From Actinomycetes bacterium (GTDB taxonomy: Bacteria > Actinomycetota > Acidimicrobiia > Acidimicrobiales > JAAEMS01): a DNA stretch of 64,000 nt. The notes beneath the pieces were generated by a model. That model ran no database searches, was not told where the DNA came from, and was given only the letters and a program-made list of their open reading frames with translations. The stretch lies in the NCBI GenBank assembly GCA_024225275.1, contig JAAEMS010000170.1, positions 2,592 to 66,591 on the forward strand, read 5' to 3'. Position 1 is the stretch's first letter. Each line of letters opens with the position of its first letter. Below, piece by piece: positions 18,902-28,096 of this stretch. The position numbers and the translations under genes are program-made.

Positions 18902-20038
18902 TCAGCGGATGAGGCGGTAGTAGGTCCGGAGATCGTCGACGAAGAGGCCGGGCTGCTCGAAGGCCGCGAAGTGGCCCCCCTTGCTCATCTCGGCGAAGTG
19001 GCGAATGTCGGTGTAGTCGGCCTCCATCCAATGCTTGATGGGGCGCACGATCTCCTTGGGGTACGCGGCCACACCCGTGGGAATGGCAACCGGCTCCTTC
19101 TCGATGCTGCCGAAGCTCTCCCAGTAGATGCGGGCCGACGAGGCGCCGGTCTCGGTGACCCAGTACAACATCACATTGTCGAGGAGCTCGTCGCGGCCGA
19201 GCACGTTCTCGGGGTGACCGTCACAGTCGGTCCAGGCCCAGAACTTCTCGAGGATCCAGGCCGCCTGGCCGGCCGGCGAGTCGACCAGGCCGTACCCGAC
19301 CGTCTGGGGTCGGGTCTTCTGCTGGGTCGAGTAGCCGGAGTCCCAGTCGCGGTAGTAGGCGGCGCCGGCCAAGGCGGCCTTCTCGGCCTCGGAGGGGTCA
19401 TCGCAGACCTTGGGTTGGGTGCCCATGGCCAGGGTGATGTGGATGCCGGCGCAGTGGTCGGGGTCCTGCCACCCGATCGAGCTGGTGACCGCTGAGCCCC
19501 AGTCGCCGCCCTGGGCGAAGTAGCGGTCGTACCCGAGGCGGGCCATCAGCTGGGACCACATCCGGGCGATGGCCTCGACCCCGACACCGGTGGCGGTGGG
19601 TTTGCTGGAGAACCCGAACCCCGGCAGCGAGGGGCAGATCACGTGGAAGGCATCGGCGGCGGCGCCCCCGTGGGCCACCGGATCGACCAGAGGCTCGATG
19701 ACCTTGTGGAACTCGACCACCGAGCCGGGCCACCCGTGGGTGATGAGCAGGGGCACGGCCTCGGGGTGGGGTGAGCGCTGGTGGATGAAGTGGACGTCGA
19801 TGCCGTCGATCTCGGTGGTGAACTGATCGAACCGGTTGAGCCCTGCCTCGCGGGCCCGCCAGTCGTACTCGTCGGCCCAGTAGGAACACATGTCCTGAAT
19901 CCATGCCAGCGGGGCACCCTGGCTCCAGTCGTCGACCAGCTCGGCCTCAGGCCACCGGGTGCCGTGAAGGCGGCGGCGGAGATCGTCGAGAACGTCGTCG
20001 GGGACCGCGATGGTGAAGGGGTTGATGGCGTCGCTCAT
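18902..20038 (-). CDS. Epoxide hydrolase (alpha/beta hydrolase with EHN N-terminal domain)
   Basis: FTIAVPDDVLDDLRRRLHGTRWPE is the EHN domain. ITHGWPGSVVEF is the HGWP oxyanion motif. GGDWG is the nucleophile elbow. Confidence 0.85.
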   Translation of the reverse strand: MSDAINPFTIAVPDDVLDDLRRRLHGTRWPEAELVDDWSQGAPLAWIQDMCSYWADEYDWRAREAGLNRFDQFTTEIDGIDVHFIHQRSPHPEAVPLLITHGWPGSVVEFHKVIEPLVDPVAHGGAAADAFHVICPSLPGFGFSSKPTATGVGVEAIARMWSQLMARLGYDRYFAQGGDWGSAVTSSIGWQDPDHCAGIHITLAMGTQPKVCDDPSEAEKAALAGAAYYRDWDSGYSTQQKTRPQTVGYGLVDSPAGQAAWILEKFWAWTDCDGHPENVLGRDELLDNVMLYWVTETGASSARIYWESFGSIEKEPVAIPTGVAAYPKEIVRPIKHWMEADYTDIRHFAEMSKGGHFAAFEQPGLFVDDLRTYYRLIR

Positions 20039-20097
20039 GGGGCGAACAGTAGTGGTCGAGCCCTAAAGGCGCGTGGGGGCCGGTCGAGACTGGAGGG

Positions 20098-20808
20098 GTG
20101 AGTGAGCTGTCTCCCATCCCGGCCGGCGTCGCCGACATCGAGAGCCGGATCGCGACGATCGAGGCCCGGTTCGGCCCCACGCCGGCCACCAACGGCCAAA
20201 CCTTCGCCAGCCAGCTGAGCAATCAGCTCCAGCTCATGGACTACGCCGGCGGCAACCAGACTTCCGGCCTGAACGGATTCGGTCCGATCGGCCAGCTCAA
20301 CCCGTCGGCCTTCGGCTACCCCAGTGCCGCCGGTGTGGCCGGCCAGTGGGCCACCGCCACCACCGGCGTGACCCCCGCCCCCCGGTTGGCACCCGGCGAA
20401 TATGGGCCGGTCGAGCCACCCCCCGAGTTCGCCGTCTACGGCAACGGCCACATACCCGACCATGCTCTGGTTCCGATCGGCGAGGGCGACCACCGCCTGT
20501 GGGCCCCCGCGGCAAGCGCCTTCCGCCAGCTCCGGGCCGATGCCGCCTCTGAGGGCATCCACATCGGCATTACCGACACCTATCGGACCCACGACGAGCA
20601 GGAGACACTCGCCGCCTCCAAGGGCCTCTACAACCAGGGGGGTCTGGCGGCCGAACCGGGTCACAGCAACCACGGCTGGGGCCTGTCACTCGACCTCGAC
20701 CTGGACGAGTCGGCTCAGGCCTGGATGAGTGAGAACGGCTGGCGCTACGGCTTCGTCGAAGACGTCCCCCGAGAACCCTGGCACTGGACCTACCGGGCCG
20801 GTTCTTGA
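20098..20808 (+). CDS. M15-family (VanY-like) D-alanyl-D-alanine carboxypeptidase/peptidoglycan peptidase, with no obvious signal peptide
   Basis: The C-terminal domain has ITDTYRTHDEQ, EPGHSNHGWGLSLDLD and GFVEDVPREPWHWTY, the H-x6-D...H zinc ligand pattern of M15B. The N-terminal 110 aa are polar and Gly/Pro-rich without a hydrophobic leader. Confidence 0.75.
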   Translation: MSELSPIPAGVADIESRIATIEARFGPTPATNGQTFASQLSNQLQLMDYAGGNQTSGLNGFGPIGQLNPSAFGYPSAAGVAGQWATATTGVTPAPRLAPGEYGPVEPPPEFAVYGNGHIPDHALVPIGEGDHRLWAPAASAFRQLRADAASEGIHIGITDTYRTHDEQETLAASKGLYNQGGLAAEPGHSNHGWGLSLDLDLDESAQAWMSENGWRYGFVEDVPREPWHWTYRAGS

Positions 20809-20826
20809 AACCGCCTCCGGGCGGGA

Positions 20827-21687
20827 TCAAGTATCGATGATCCTCAGGAGGGTGGGCCAGTACTCGTCGCCGTGGCCGGCATCGGACGCGGCTTTCAGGA
20901 GGCGATCGGCCAGCTCGGCCCCCGGCACTTCGACACCGGCCTCGGCCGCCAGCTGGAGGCCGTAGGACAGGTCCTTTCGGGCATAGTCAGCCGAGAAGGC
21001 CTTCAGCGGGAAGTCGCCGGGCAGCATCGCCCTGGTGGCGTGGTTGCGTAGGGCGAAGCTGTCACCCGAACCAGTGCCGATGACCTCGATCAGGCGGGCC
21101 GGGTCCATGCCACTGCGGCGGGCGATGGTGATGGCCTCGCCCAGGGCCACCACGTTCTGGAACAGCACATAGTTGTTGAGAATCTTGGCGATCTGGCCGC
21201 AACCCACCGGCCCGCACACGCTGATGTCGGTACCAAAGGTGGCCAACAAGGGACGAACCCGTTCGATGACCGCCTCGTCGCCCCCCACCATGACGGCCAG
21301 GGTCCCGGCTTCTGCGGCTTCTCGCGTCCGGGCCACCGGGGCGTCGACCCAGCCAACACCCCGCTCTCGGGCCTGGCCGGCCAGCCGACGAGTGAGGTCG
21401 ACCGGCGCGGTGGTCAGGTCGACAACCACCGATCCTCCGCCCATGGCCGCCACCAGATCGGCGGCCACCGCTTCGAGCTCCGGGCCGCCGGGCAGAGACA
21501 GGAGTACCACCTCGCACCGCTCTCCGACCTCCGCGATCGACGCCGCGGCCTCGGCCCCCACCGTGACGAGACGGTCTACCGGTTCGGGCACCCGGTCGAA
21601 CACCAGGACTGTCTCGGCCGACCTGGTGATCAGGTTGCGGCACATGGGCTCGCCCATGACCCCGACCCCGATGAAGCCGATGGTCAT
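20827..21687 (-). CDS. NAD(P)-dependent 3-hydroxyisobutyrate/6-phosphogluconate dehydrogenase-family oxidoreductase
   Basis: MTIGFIGVGVMGEPMCRNL is the Rossmann motif. GCGQIAKILNN is the family signature. Confidence 0.85.
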   Translation of the reverse strand: MTIGFIGVGVMGEPMCRNLITRSAETVLVFDRVPEPVDRLVTVGAEAAASIAEVGERCEVVLLSLPGGPELEAVAADLVAAMGGGSVVVDLTTAPVDLTRRLAGQARERGVGWVDAPVARTREAAEAGTLAVMVGGDEAVIERVRPLLATFGTDISVCGPVGCGQIAKILNNYVLFQNVVALGEAITIARRSGMDPARLIEVIGTGSGDSFALRNHATRAMLPGDFPLKAFSADYARKDLSYGLQLAAEAGVEVPGAELADRLLKAASDAGHGDEYWPTLLRIIDT

Positions 21688-22496
21688 GATGGTGGTCCGC
21701 CTGGGGCCAGATCGACCCGAACGGCCTCAGCGAAGCCCTCGACGGATCGGGGGTAGAGCTCGAGCACCTGGGGATCGTGGCCGGGAATCACGTGGTCGTC
21801 CGATTCGGCCAACCCGCGCACCCGGTCCCAGCCGGCCACCATGGCGGCCACATCGAACACGATCGGGAACGGTGAGCGGTCGAACAGGTTGGCGTAGAAG
21901 TGGGCGGCATCCGAGGCCAGCACCACCGAGCCCCGTCCGGTAGCCACCCGAACCGACTGGAGGCCGTCGGTGTGGCCTCCGATGTGGTGGAGGCTGACCC
22001 CCGGAGCGATGTCGGCGTCACCGTCGTGGAACACCACCCGGTTGCCATGGACATGGCGGACCATGTCGACCACATGGTCCACCGAGTAGGCATGGCCGAA
22101 CGACTTTTCGGGCATGTGGCGACCGGTTGCGTAGGCGATCTCGCGATCCTGGAGATGGAACCGGGCCCGGGGGAATTCGGCGGTGGTGCCGGCGTGGTCG
22201 TAGTGGAGATGGGTGATCACCACATCGTCGACGGCCGCCGCATCCACTCCCACCTCGGCCAGTGCCTCGGCCGGGGTGCGCAGCAGATCTCGGCCTCGGC
22301 GCTCGGCCTCATCAGGTCCGAATCCGGTGTCGACCACGATGGACCGTTCGTCGTCGACAATCGCCCAGACGAAGAAGTCGAGTGGCATCCGTTCATGGAT
22401 GTCATCGCTCATGATGAAGTTCTGGTGGCGGAAACGCTCGCTCACGGTGGCGTAGCGGACCGCATGTATGCGCCAGACGGCGCCGGTGTCCCCCAT
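21684..22496 (-). CDS. MBL-fold metallo-hydrolase (N-acyl-homoserine-lactonase-like)
   Basis: VVITHLHYDHAGT is the HxHxDH motif, with later His/Asp ligands (IGGHTDG, IPGHD). The stop overlaps the downstream start (ATGA). Confidence 0.78.
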   Translation of the reverse strand: MGDTGAVWRIHAVRYATVSERFRHQNFIMSDDIHERMPLDFFVWAIVDDERSIVVDTGFGPDEAERRGRDLLRTPAEALAEVGVDAAAVDDVVITHLHYDHAGTTAEFPRARFHLQDREIAYATGRHMPEKSFGHAYSVDHVVDMVRHVHGNRVVFHDGDADIAPGVSLHHIGGHTDGLQSVRVATGRGSVVLASDAAHFYANLFDRSPFPIVFDVAAMVAGWDRVRGLAESDDHVIPGHDPQVLELYPRSVEGFAEAVRVDLAPGGPPS

Positions 22497-22533
22497 GGCG
22501 CCCAGTCTGGCCGAACGCCCGACCGGGTGCAGC

Positions 22534-22965
22534 TCAGGAGTGGTCGAGCAGGCCCCGTACCATTCTGAAGGTCAGCAGGGGAAGGAACAGAATGCACAGC
22601 CAGATCGTGCAGGCCACATAGACCGCGACCGGAAGACCAATCGCGATGAGAGCCACACCGGGGAGCGGGGCCGGCTCCGACCAATTCCAGAACAGGATCT
22701 CGGAGCCGGCGAAAGCAGCCCATACCCCGGCGAGAACGACGGCCAGGCTCGTTGCCACGAGCACACCGCCAAGGCAGGCTCCTGCCGCTCCCAGCGCCAG
22801 CTCGCGCAGGGTGAGGGGCCGGGCAACACCAGGTGGGGTGGTGACCGGCTCGAAGATCGGGGGCGACGGGACAGACACCTCGGACGTCGGCGCCGGCCGG
22901 GCCGCCACCAAACGTCTCAGGAGAGTGTCGGCGTCGAGGTCGAGATCTGTCGAGGTCTGGCTCAC
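22534..22965 (-). CDS. Hypothetical membrane protein (143 aa, 3 predicted TM segments)
   Basis: The GTG start is preceded by GGGAGGAAG. A polar Pro-rich N terminus is followed by three hydrophobic stretches. I recognise no family. Confidence 0.5.
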   Translation of the reverse strand: MSQTSTDLDLDADTLLRRLVAARPAPTSEVSVPSPPIFEPVTTPPGVARPLTLRELALGAAGACLGGVLVATSLAVVLAGVWAAFAGSEILFWNWSEPAPLPGVALIAIGLPVAVYVACTIWLCILFLPLLTFRMVRGLLDHS

Positions 22966-23111
22966 GGTGCTTCCTCCCTGCTCGATGCTCGACGACCAGG
23001 GGCACCGGGTCGTCGATGTTGCGGTTCGATTACGTATGCATCCTCATCGGGACTCACGGCCGTACGCAAGCCCGGTCGACAATGGTCCACCATCACAGGC
23101 ACACCGACTTG

Positions 23112-23117
23112 CATTAG
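23112..23117 (-). promoter_or_regulatory. CTAATG box preceded by CCGGGAC, upstream of the membrane protein gene
   Basis: The minus strand reads CACCGGGACTAATGC. It is the same core as the boxes upstream of flgN, fliM, flgB and fliC. Confidence 0.3.
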
Positions 23118-23321
23118 TCCCGGTGGGTGGCTAGCCAATCACTCGACGCGGTATTCGCGCCGAACAGGGCCTTTTTGGGGACCGCGACATCACGTCTGGT
23201 GATCAACCAACCACTCGACGGGCCGGGGAGCAGGGGAACCCACTGATCTCAAAACAGCCCGCGTGTCGAAACAGGTGGGCAGAAACCAGCGGTCCCCTCC
23301 GGCTCATACGGCCGAGAGGTA

Positions 23322-24812
23322 TCAGCCCTCGTCGACCGTGGTCCGGTTCCGACCCTCGTTCTTGGACCGGTAGAGGGCGCCATCGGCCAGGGAAATGAGC
23401 CGCTTGGCCCCCAGACGGGGATCCGCCAGGGTGGCCACACCCGCACTCACGGTGATGCGCAGAGGTCCGGCCGGAGTATCGGCGACCATCTCACCGATCT
23501 GATCTCGCAACCGCTCGGCCACGAGGTAGGCCTCCGTGGTGGTGATCTGGGGGAACACCACGACGAACTCCTCGCCTCCGTACCGGGCGGCGAGATCGTC
23601 GGCGCGGCCGAACCCATCGAGCAACTTCCCGAGAGCGGTCAGGATGGCGTCACCAGCCTGATGGCCGTAGGTGTCGTTGATTCGCTTGAAGTGATCGATG
23701 TCGAACATGAGCAGGCCGAGCCGGCGAGGGATGTCGTTGGCCAGCCGTTCCTCGATGAGCCGTTCGAGCGTCTCGTCGAAGGCACCGCGGTTGGCCAGCC
23801 CGGTGAGGGCATCAGTGCGGGCTTCGCTTTCCAGGCGTCGGTTCTCAATCTCGAGGTCCTGGGCCCGAACTGACTCCTCGTGGAGGCTCAGCAGGCTGAT
23901 GTCAACCAGGCGACTGCGGGCTCGGGTCAGGAGATCCTCGGTGGAGAATCCGGCCATGTCGACATCGAGGAGGCCGGCCATGTCGTGGATCTCCTGCTCC
24001 GCGTCGGAGATCAACTGGTCCAGGACCTCGGGCTCGATCCCCAGCAGCTCCTGGCCTGACAGCTCGTACTCTTCGAGACCCAGACCGTCTCCCTCGGGGT
24101 CAAGGAGGGCCTCACCCGCGAGCGAACAGTGCAGGATCCGGGCCAGGCGGTCGTCTCCGATTGCGTTGCGGGGTAGATCGCGCAGGGCCAGAGCCCGGCC
24201 GATTCCGGGGGGCAGAGACCAGCCATCGAGCAGGCGGGCCGACAGTTCATCGCTGGAGTACCCGAGGATCTCGGTCTCTTGCAGAGCAGAGGGCCACGGG
24301 GTGTCTTCGGTGCAGACCGCGGAGTAGGCCACGGTCATCCGTTCAGCGAGCACGGTGCGGCCGAGGTGGCCGAGCAGGCCGGCGATATAGGCGTCGTCGG
24401 CGAGCTCTGGCGCGATCCGTAGAGCCAGACGGCGGGCCAACACCGCTCCGACGATGGCTCGCCGCCAGAACCGCGGGTAGCTGAACGCGGCGCGCATACC
24501 ACTACGGGGCATCGCGTCGGTCAGCGTGAACGAGAGGGCCATGAGCCGGATGGACCGGAGTCCGAGCAGCATGGATGCCCGCTGGATCGAGGACACCTCC
24601 TTGCTCACCCCGAACATGCCCGAGTTCACGGTCTTGAGGATGCGGGCCGTCAGAGCCGGGTCGGCCAAGATGGTCCGTTCGAGATCAGCCAAGCCGGCGT
24701 CAGGATCTTCGATGATCCGGAGAACCTCGACCGCCACTCCAGCAGGGCTGGGAAGGGAGTCAGGATCTGCTGCAAGCTGGTCGAGGGGGATGATCGTTGG
24801 CGTGTCGCTCAT
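23322..24812 (-). CDS. HDOD-domain diguanylate cyclase (GGDEF) with intact active site and I-site
   Basis: The N-terminal HDOD-like region has LPSPAGVAVEVLRII, ADPALTARILKTVNSGMFG. A coiled-coil linker follows. The GGDEF domain has DALTGLANRGAF and RADDLAARYGGEEF, meaning RxxD sits 5 residues before GGEEF, as in PleD. Confidence 0.88.
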   Translation of the reverse strand: MSDTPTIIPLDQLAADPDSLPSPAGVAVEVLRIIEDPDAGLADLERTILADPALTARILKTVNSGMFGVSKEVSSIQRASMLLGLRSIRLMALSFTLTDAMPRSGMRAAFSYPRFWRRAIVGAVLARRLALRIAPELADDAYIAGLLGHLGRTVLAERMTVAYSAVCTEDTPWPSALQETEILGYSSDELSARLLDGWSLPPGIGRALALRDLPRNAIGDDRLARILHCSLAGEALLDPEGDGLGLEEYELSGQELLGIEPEVLDQLISDAEQEIHDMAGLLDVDMAGFSTEDLLTRARSRLVDISLLSLHEESVRAQDLEIENRRLESEARTDALTGLANRGAFDETLERLIEERLANDIPRRLGLLMFDIDHFKRINDTYGHQAGDAILTALGKLLDGFGRADDLAARYGGEEFVVVFPQITTTEAYLVAERLRDQIGEMVADTPAGPLRITVSAGVATLADPRLGAKRLISLADGALYRSKNEGRNRTTVDEG

Positions 24813-24852
24813 TGCCTCACCTGTGTTGGGTTGCTCTCGGTGTAGGGGTATA

Positions 24853-24875
24853 CCCCGAGCCGGTTACGGCCGGGG
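24853..24875 (-). terminator. Candidate intrinsic terminator hairpin after flgE
   Basis: CCCCG(A)GCCGG-TTA-C(C)GGCCGGGG forms a 9-bp GC stem with one bulge, 70 nt downstream of the flgE stop. There is no clear U tract, which is common in high-GC genomes. Confidence 0.4.
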
Positions 24876-24946
24876 TTCTTCCTCTTCGAAGACCAGTGTC
24901 GACTGATCAAACTGGGCCATGAGGCGTCAGAGGGGAGACCGACGGA

Positions 24947-26188
24947 TCATCGCTTCAGATTGACGATCTCCTGGAGGAGCTCGTCCGAGGCCGTCACCAC
25001 CCGGGAGTTCGCCTGGAACCCACGCTGCGAAACGATGAGCTGGGTGAACTCCTCGGCCAGGTCGACATTGGCCATCTCGAGGGAACCCGAGGCGATGATG
25101 CCCCGGCCTCCGTTACCCGACGGGCCGATCTGGGGCAGGCCCGAGTTGGGGGTCTGCCGGAAGTTCGTACCGGTGACCCGTTCCATACCTTCGGCGTTGG
25201 CGAAGATCGCCACCGCCAGCTGGCCGATGGGCTGGACCCGACCGTTGGAGTAGGCACCGATCATGACCCCGTCCTGACCGACGGACAACGACTGGAGCGC
25301 ACCGGTGGCTGAACCATCCTGGGTGATGACCGACACCGAGGTCACCTCACCGTACTGGGTGACCTTGCGGGCATCGGTCGACGCTCCCAGACCGAGCACG
25401 AACGCACCGACACCGAGAACCGCGCCCGCCGCGGCGTCGATCTCGAAGTCAATTGGGCTGACAATCTCGCCCTCGGTGTCGAAGGTCACCACATTGTCAG
25501 TGAGGGCGATGGCCACGGAAGGGTCGCCGTAGGTGGCTGAAACGGTCCACTCGTTGGTTGCGGTCTTGGTGAAGGCGATGTCGATCGTGACCGGCGAACC
25601 CTGGCTGTCATAGATGTCGACGCCGGCGCGCTCGACGGTGCCCACGTCCTCGTTGGCCCCCAGGTTTCCGCCCAGGGTCACCGACGTCGTCGTGGACGGC
25701 GGGATGAGGTCACCGACGGGGAGCAGCAGGTTCCCCGGAGGGGTCGTGGTGTCGACACCACCGGCGGCTGTAGCACCCCAGCCCTGGATCCGACCACCGG
25801 CCGGAGTCACGACATTGCCAGCCTCATCCACGTAGAACGCTCCGGCCCGGGTGAACAGGCTCTCGCCACCCTGACTGATAACGAAGAACCCATCACCCTC
25901 GATGGCGACATCGAGAGGACGGCCCGTGCGCTGGAGCGCGCCCTGGGACAGAGAGGGGGTGATAGCCGCCACCTTGGTACCGAGACCGATCTGCATCGGG
26001 TTGGTGCCACCGAACCCACTCTGGGGCTCCGAAGCCCCCTGCAGGGTCTGGCTCAGGATGTCCTGGAAGATGATGCTGCTGCGCTTGAAACCGGTGGTGT
26101 TGACGTTGGAGATGTTGTTACCAACCACATCCATCATGTTCTGGTGGGCCCGGAGGCCGGATACTGCTGCGTACATCGATCGAATCAT
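24947..26188 (-). CDS. flgE: Flagellar hook protein FlgE
   Basis: N terminus MIRSMYAAVSGLRAHQNMMDVVGNNISNVNTTGFK. C terminus VDLAEEFTQLIVSQRGFQANSRVVTASDELLQEIVNL. Confidence 0.95.
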   Translation of the reverse strand: MIRSMYAAVSGLRAHQNMMDVVGNNISNVNTTGFKRSSIIFQDILSQTLQGASEPQSGFGGTNPMQIGLGTKVAAITPSLSQGALQRTGRPLDVAIEGDGFFVISQGGESLFTRAGAFYVDEAGNVVTPAGGRIQGWGATAAGGVDTTTPPGNLLLPVGDLIPPSTTTSVTLGGNLGANEDVGTVERAGVDIYDSQGSPVTIDIAFTKTATNEWTVSATYGDPSVAIALTDNVVTFDTEGEIVSPIDFEIDAAAGAVLGVGAFVLGLGASTDARKVTQYGEVTSVSVITQDGSATGALQSLSVGQDGVMIGAYSNGRVQPIGQLAVAIFANAEGMERVTGTNFRQTPNSGLPQIGPSGNGGRGIIASGSLEMANVDLAEEFTQLIVSQRGFQANSRVVTASDELLQEIVNLKR

Positions 26189-26233
26189 CTGCTTCTCTTC
26201 TCTGTTCGGAGGTGACGGTCTGAGGTGGGTGAA

Positions 26234-26656
26234 TCAGGTGGCGGGGGCGGGTTCGCCCACCGACAGGATCTGGCCGAGGACGAACGAGCCCTCATCGGTG
26301 CGAAGGAAGAGCTCACCCTCGAGCATCTCCGCGCTGTGAACGGCGGCGGTACGCTCGGCCCCGGTTGAGGCCAACCAGGTGACCTCCCGGCCAATGAGCG
26401 AGCTCCCGGTGGACAGGGCCGTGGCCAGCGACGATGCCGTGACCTGGGCGACGAGCTCCTCGAGATTCTCCACCGTGGCGAACTGGGCGGTCTGGGCCAC
26501 GAACTCGTCGGGGCTCGACGGGTTGAGGGGATCCTGGTGCTGGAGCTGGGTCACCAGGAGCTTCAGGAACGCGTCGCGATCGAGCTCCTGGTTCCCTGGC
26601 GCCTGGGTCGACACCGGGAGGGCGTAGTCGGGGATGGCGGAGATGGGTTCAGGCAT
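26234..26656 (-). CDS. flgD: Flagellar hook assembly (capping) protein FlgD
   Basis: DRDAFLKLLVTQLQHQDPLNP is the FlgD signature. The gene sits between fliK and flgE. Confidence 0.92.
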   Translation of the reverse strand: MPEPISAIPDYALPVSTQAPGNQELDRDAFLKLLVTQLQHQDPLNPSSPDEFVAQTAQFATVENLEELVAQVTASSLATALSTGSSLIGREVTWLASTGAERTAAVHSAEMLEGELFLRTDEGSFVLGQILSVGEPAPAT

Positions 26657-26668
26657 GGTGGGCTCCGA

Positions 26669-28096
26669 TCAGAGATCGAGGTCGAGGGACGAGTCGGATC
26701 GGCGGACTCCGGATTGGGGGAGGCCTGACCGGCCGGAAACGGAGCCAGCCCCGTCACCAGAGCCGGCGGAACCGGATGTGGTGGTCTCTTCGTCGGCCGA
26801 GTCGGATTCGGGACCCCGCTCGAGGTCGACATCCATCGACCCCAGGCTCAGACCGTTCTGGCCGAGGTCCTGACGGAGTTCGTCGGCCGTTTGGTTGAGG
26901 AGATCGCGGGTGCCAACCTGCTGGGCCAGCAGACGGACATCCACCCTCTCACCGCTGACCGTCAGCTCCAGCACGACCGAACCCAGCTCTTCGGGGTGAA
27001 GACGCAGGAGGAGCCGATGGCTGCCGTCCTGGAGGGTGCGCACGGTTGATGCGATCGAGGCACTGACCTGTTCCCATGCGGTGGTTCCGGTTGCCGCCGA
27101 TGCCGCCGTGGCGCCCGGCACCGCGGTGGCGACCGAAGCGGCTCCAACAGTGGTCGTGGTCGACGCCACCACGGGGGCGACCACCGACGGCCCGGCCGGA
27201 CTGGAGGCCGGGCCCCTTTCGAGTGGACGGTTGATGCCGGCCACCAGGGTTGGGGCTGTTGGGTCGGTCTCGGCCTCAGCCGCCAAAGCATCGGCCGTCA
27301 GGTCGATTGTCGGACCGGCCACGACCTGAGCGTCCGGATCAGCCTCGGGTACCGAGCCGTCGAGCGGGGTGGCCTTGTCGCCCGGCTTCGTAGCTCCGGC
27401 GGGCGGGCTGGCCTGCGCAGCTTCGGTGGCCAGGGTGGCCTCGGCGTCGGCCGTCAGATCGGTTGTCGCCCGGTTCCCACCATCGAGGACCAGGCCATCC
27501 CCATCGATCACCTGCTCATCGCCGACCTCTACCTCTTCAAGGGAAGGGTCCACGGCCGGCTCGGCCGCGACTTCCAGGTCTCCTCTACTCTCGCCGTTCT
27601 GTTCAGCGCCGGCCGCGACCAGAGCCGACAGCATGGCTGGGTTGGTGCCCAGGGCCAGCTCGACTGCCTGGTCGCCCTCGGCTGGCCGCTCGGTGGTGTC
27701 GGTGGCCTCGCCATCCTCTGTCGTGACCTCGGTGTCGGCTTCGCCGGGCCCATCCTGGCCCCCGTCGGTGTCATCCAACCGGTCGACCGTGTTGCGGTCT
27801 TCGACTTCGCTCCGCTCGGCCGTCTCGGGCCGGTCGCGGCGCTCGGGCCGGCCGGACCTCTCGGGCTCGGGGCGGTGATTCGCCTCGCGGGAGCGTTCCG
27901 GTTCTGGTCGGCGTTCGGCCCGATGGGGCTCAACCGACCGATGGGACTCAGCTGCCACCGGTCGACTCGGCCCCGGCATCTGACGGTGCCGGTCGAGGGT
28001 CTCGGCGAACCCCGGATCGAAGCGCGGGGCCGACTGGCCCGACTCGGCGCCCGGGGGAGCGCTGGGCAGGAAGGGAATGATGGGAGGGGTCTTCAT
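26669..28096 (-). CDS. fliK: Flagellar hook-length control protein FliK
   Basis: A long Pro/Glu/Ala-rich ruler region carries RPEPERS-type repeats. The C-terminal switch domain is LHPEELGSVVLELTVSGERVDVRLLAQQVGTRDLLNQTADELRQDL. Confidence 0.88.
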   Translation of the reverse strand: MKTPPIIPFLPSAPPGAESGQSAPRFDPGFAETLDRHRQMPGPSRPVAAESHRSVEPHRAERRPEPERSREANHRPEPERSGRPERRDRPETAERSEVEDRNTVDRLDDTDGGQDGPGEADTEVTTEDGEATDTTERPAEGDQAVELALGTNPAMLSALVAAGAEQNGESRGDLEVAAEPAVDPSLEEVEVGDEQVIDGDGLVLDGGNRATTDLTADAEATLATEAAQASPPAGATKPGDKATPLDGSVPEADPDAQVVAGPTIDLTADALAAEAETDPTAPTLVAGINRPLERGPASSPAGPSVVAPVVASTTTTVGAASVATAVPGATAASAATGTTAWEQVSASIASTVRTLQDGSHRLLLRLHPEELGSVVLELTVSGERVDVRLLAQQVGTRDLLNQTADELRQDLGQNGLSLGSMDVDLERGPESDSADEETTTSGSAGSGDGAGSVSGRSGLPQSGVRRSDSSLDLDL

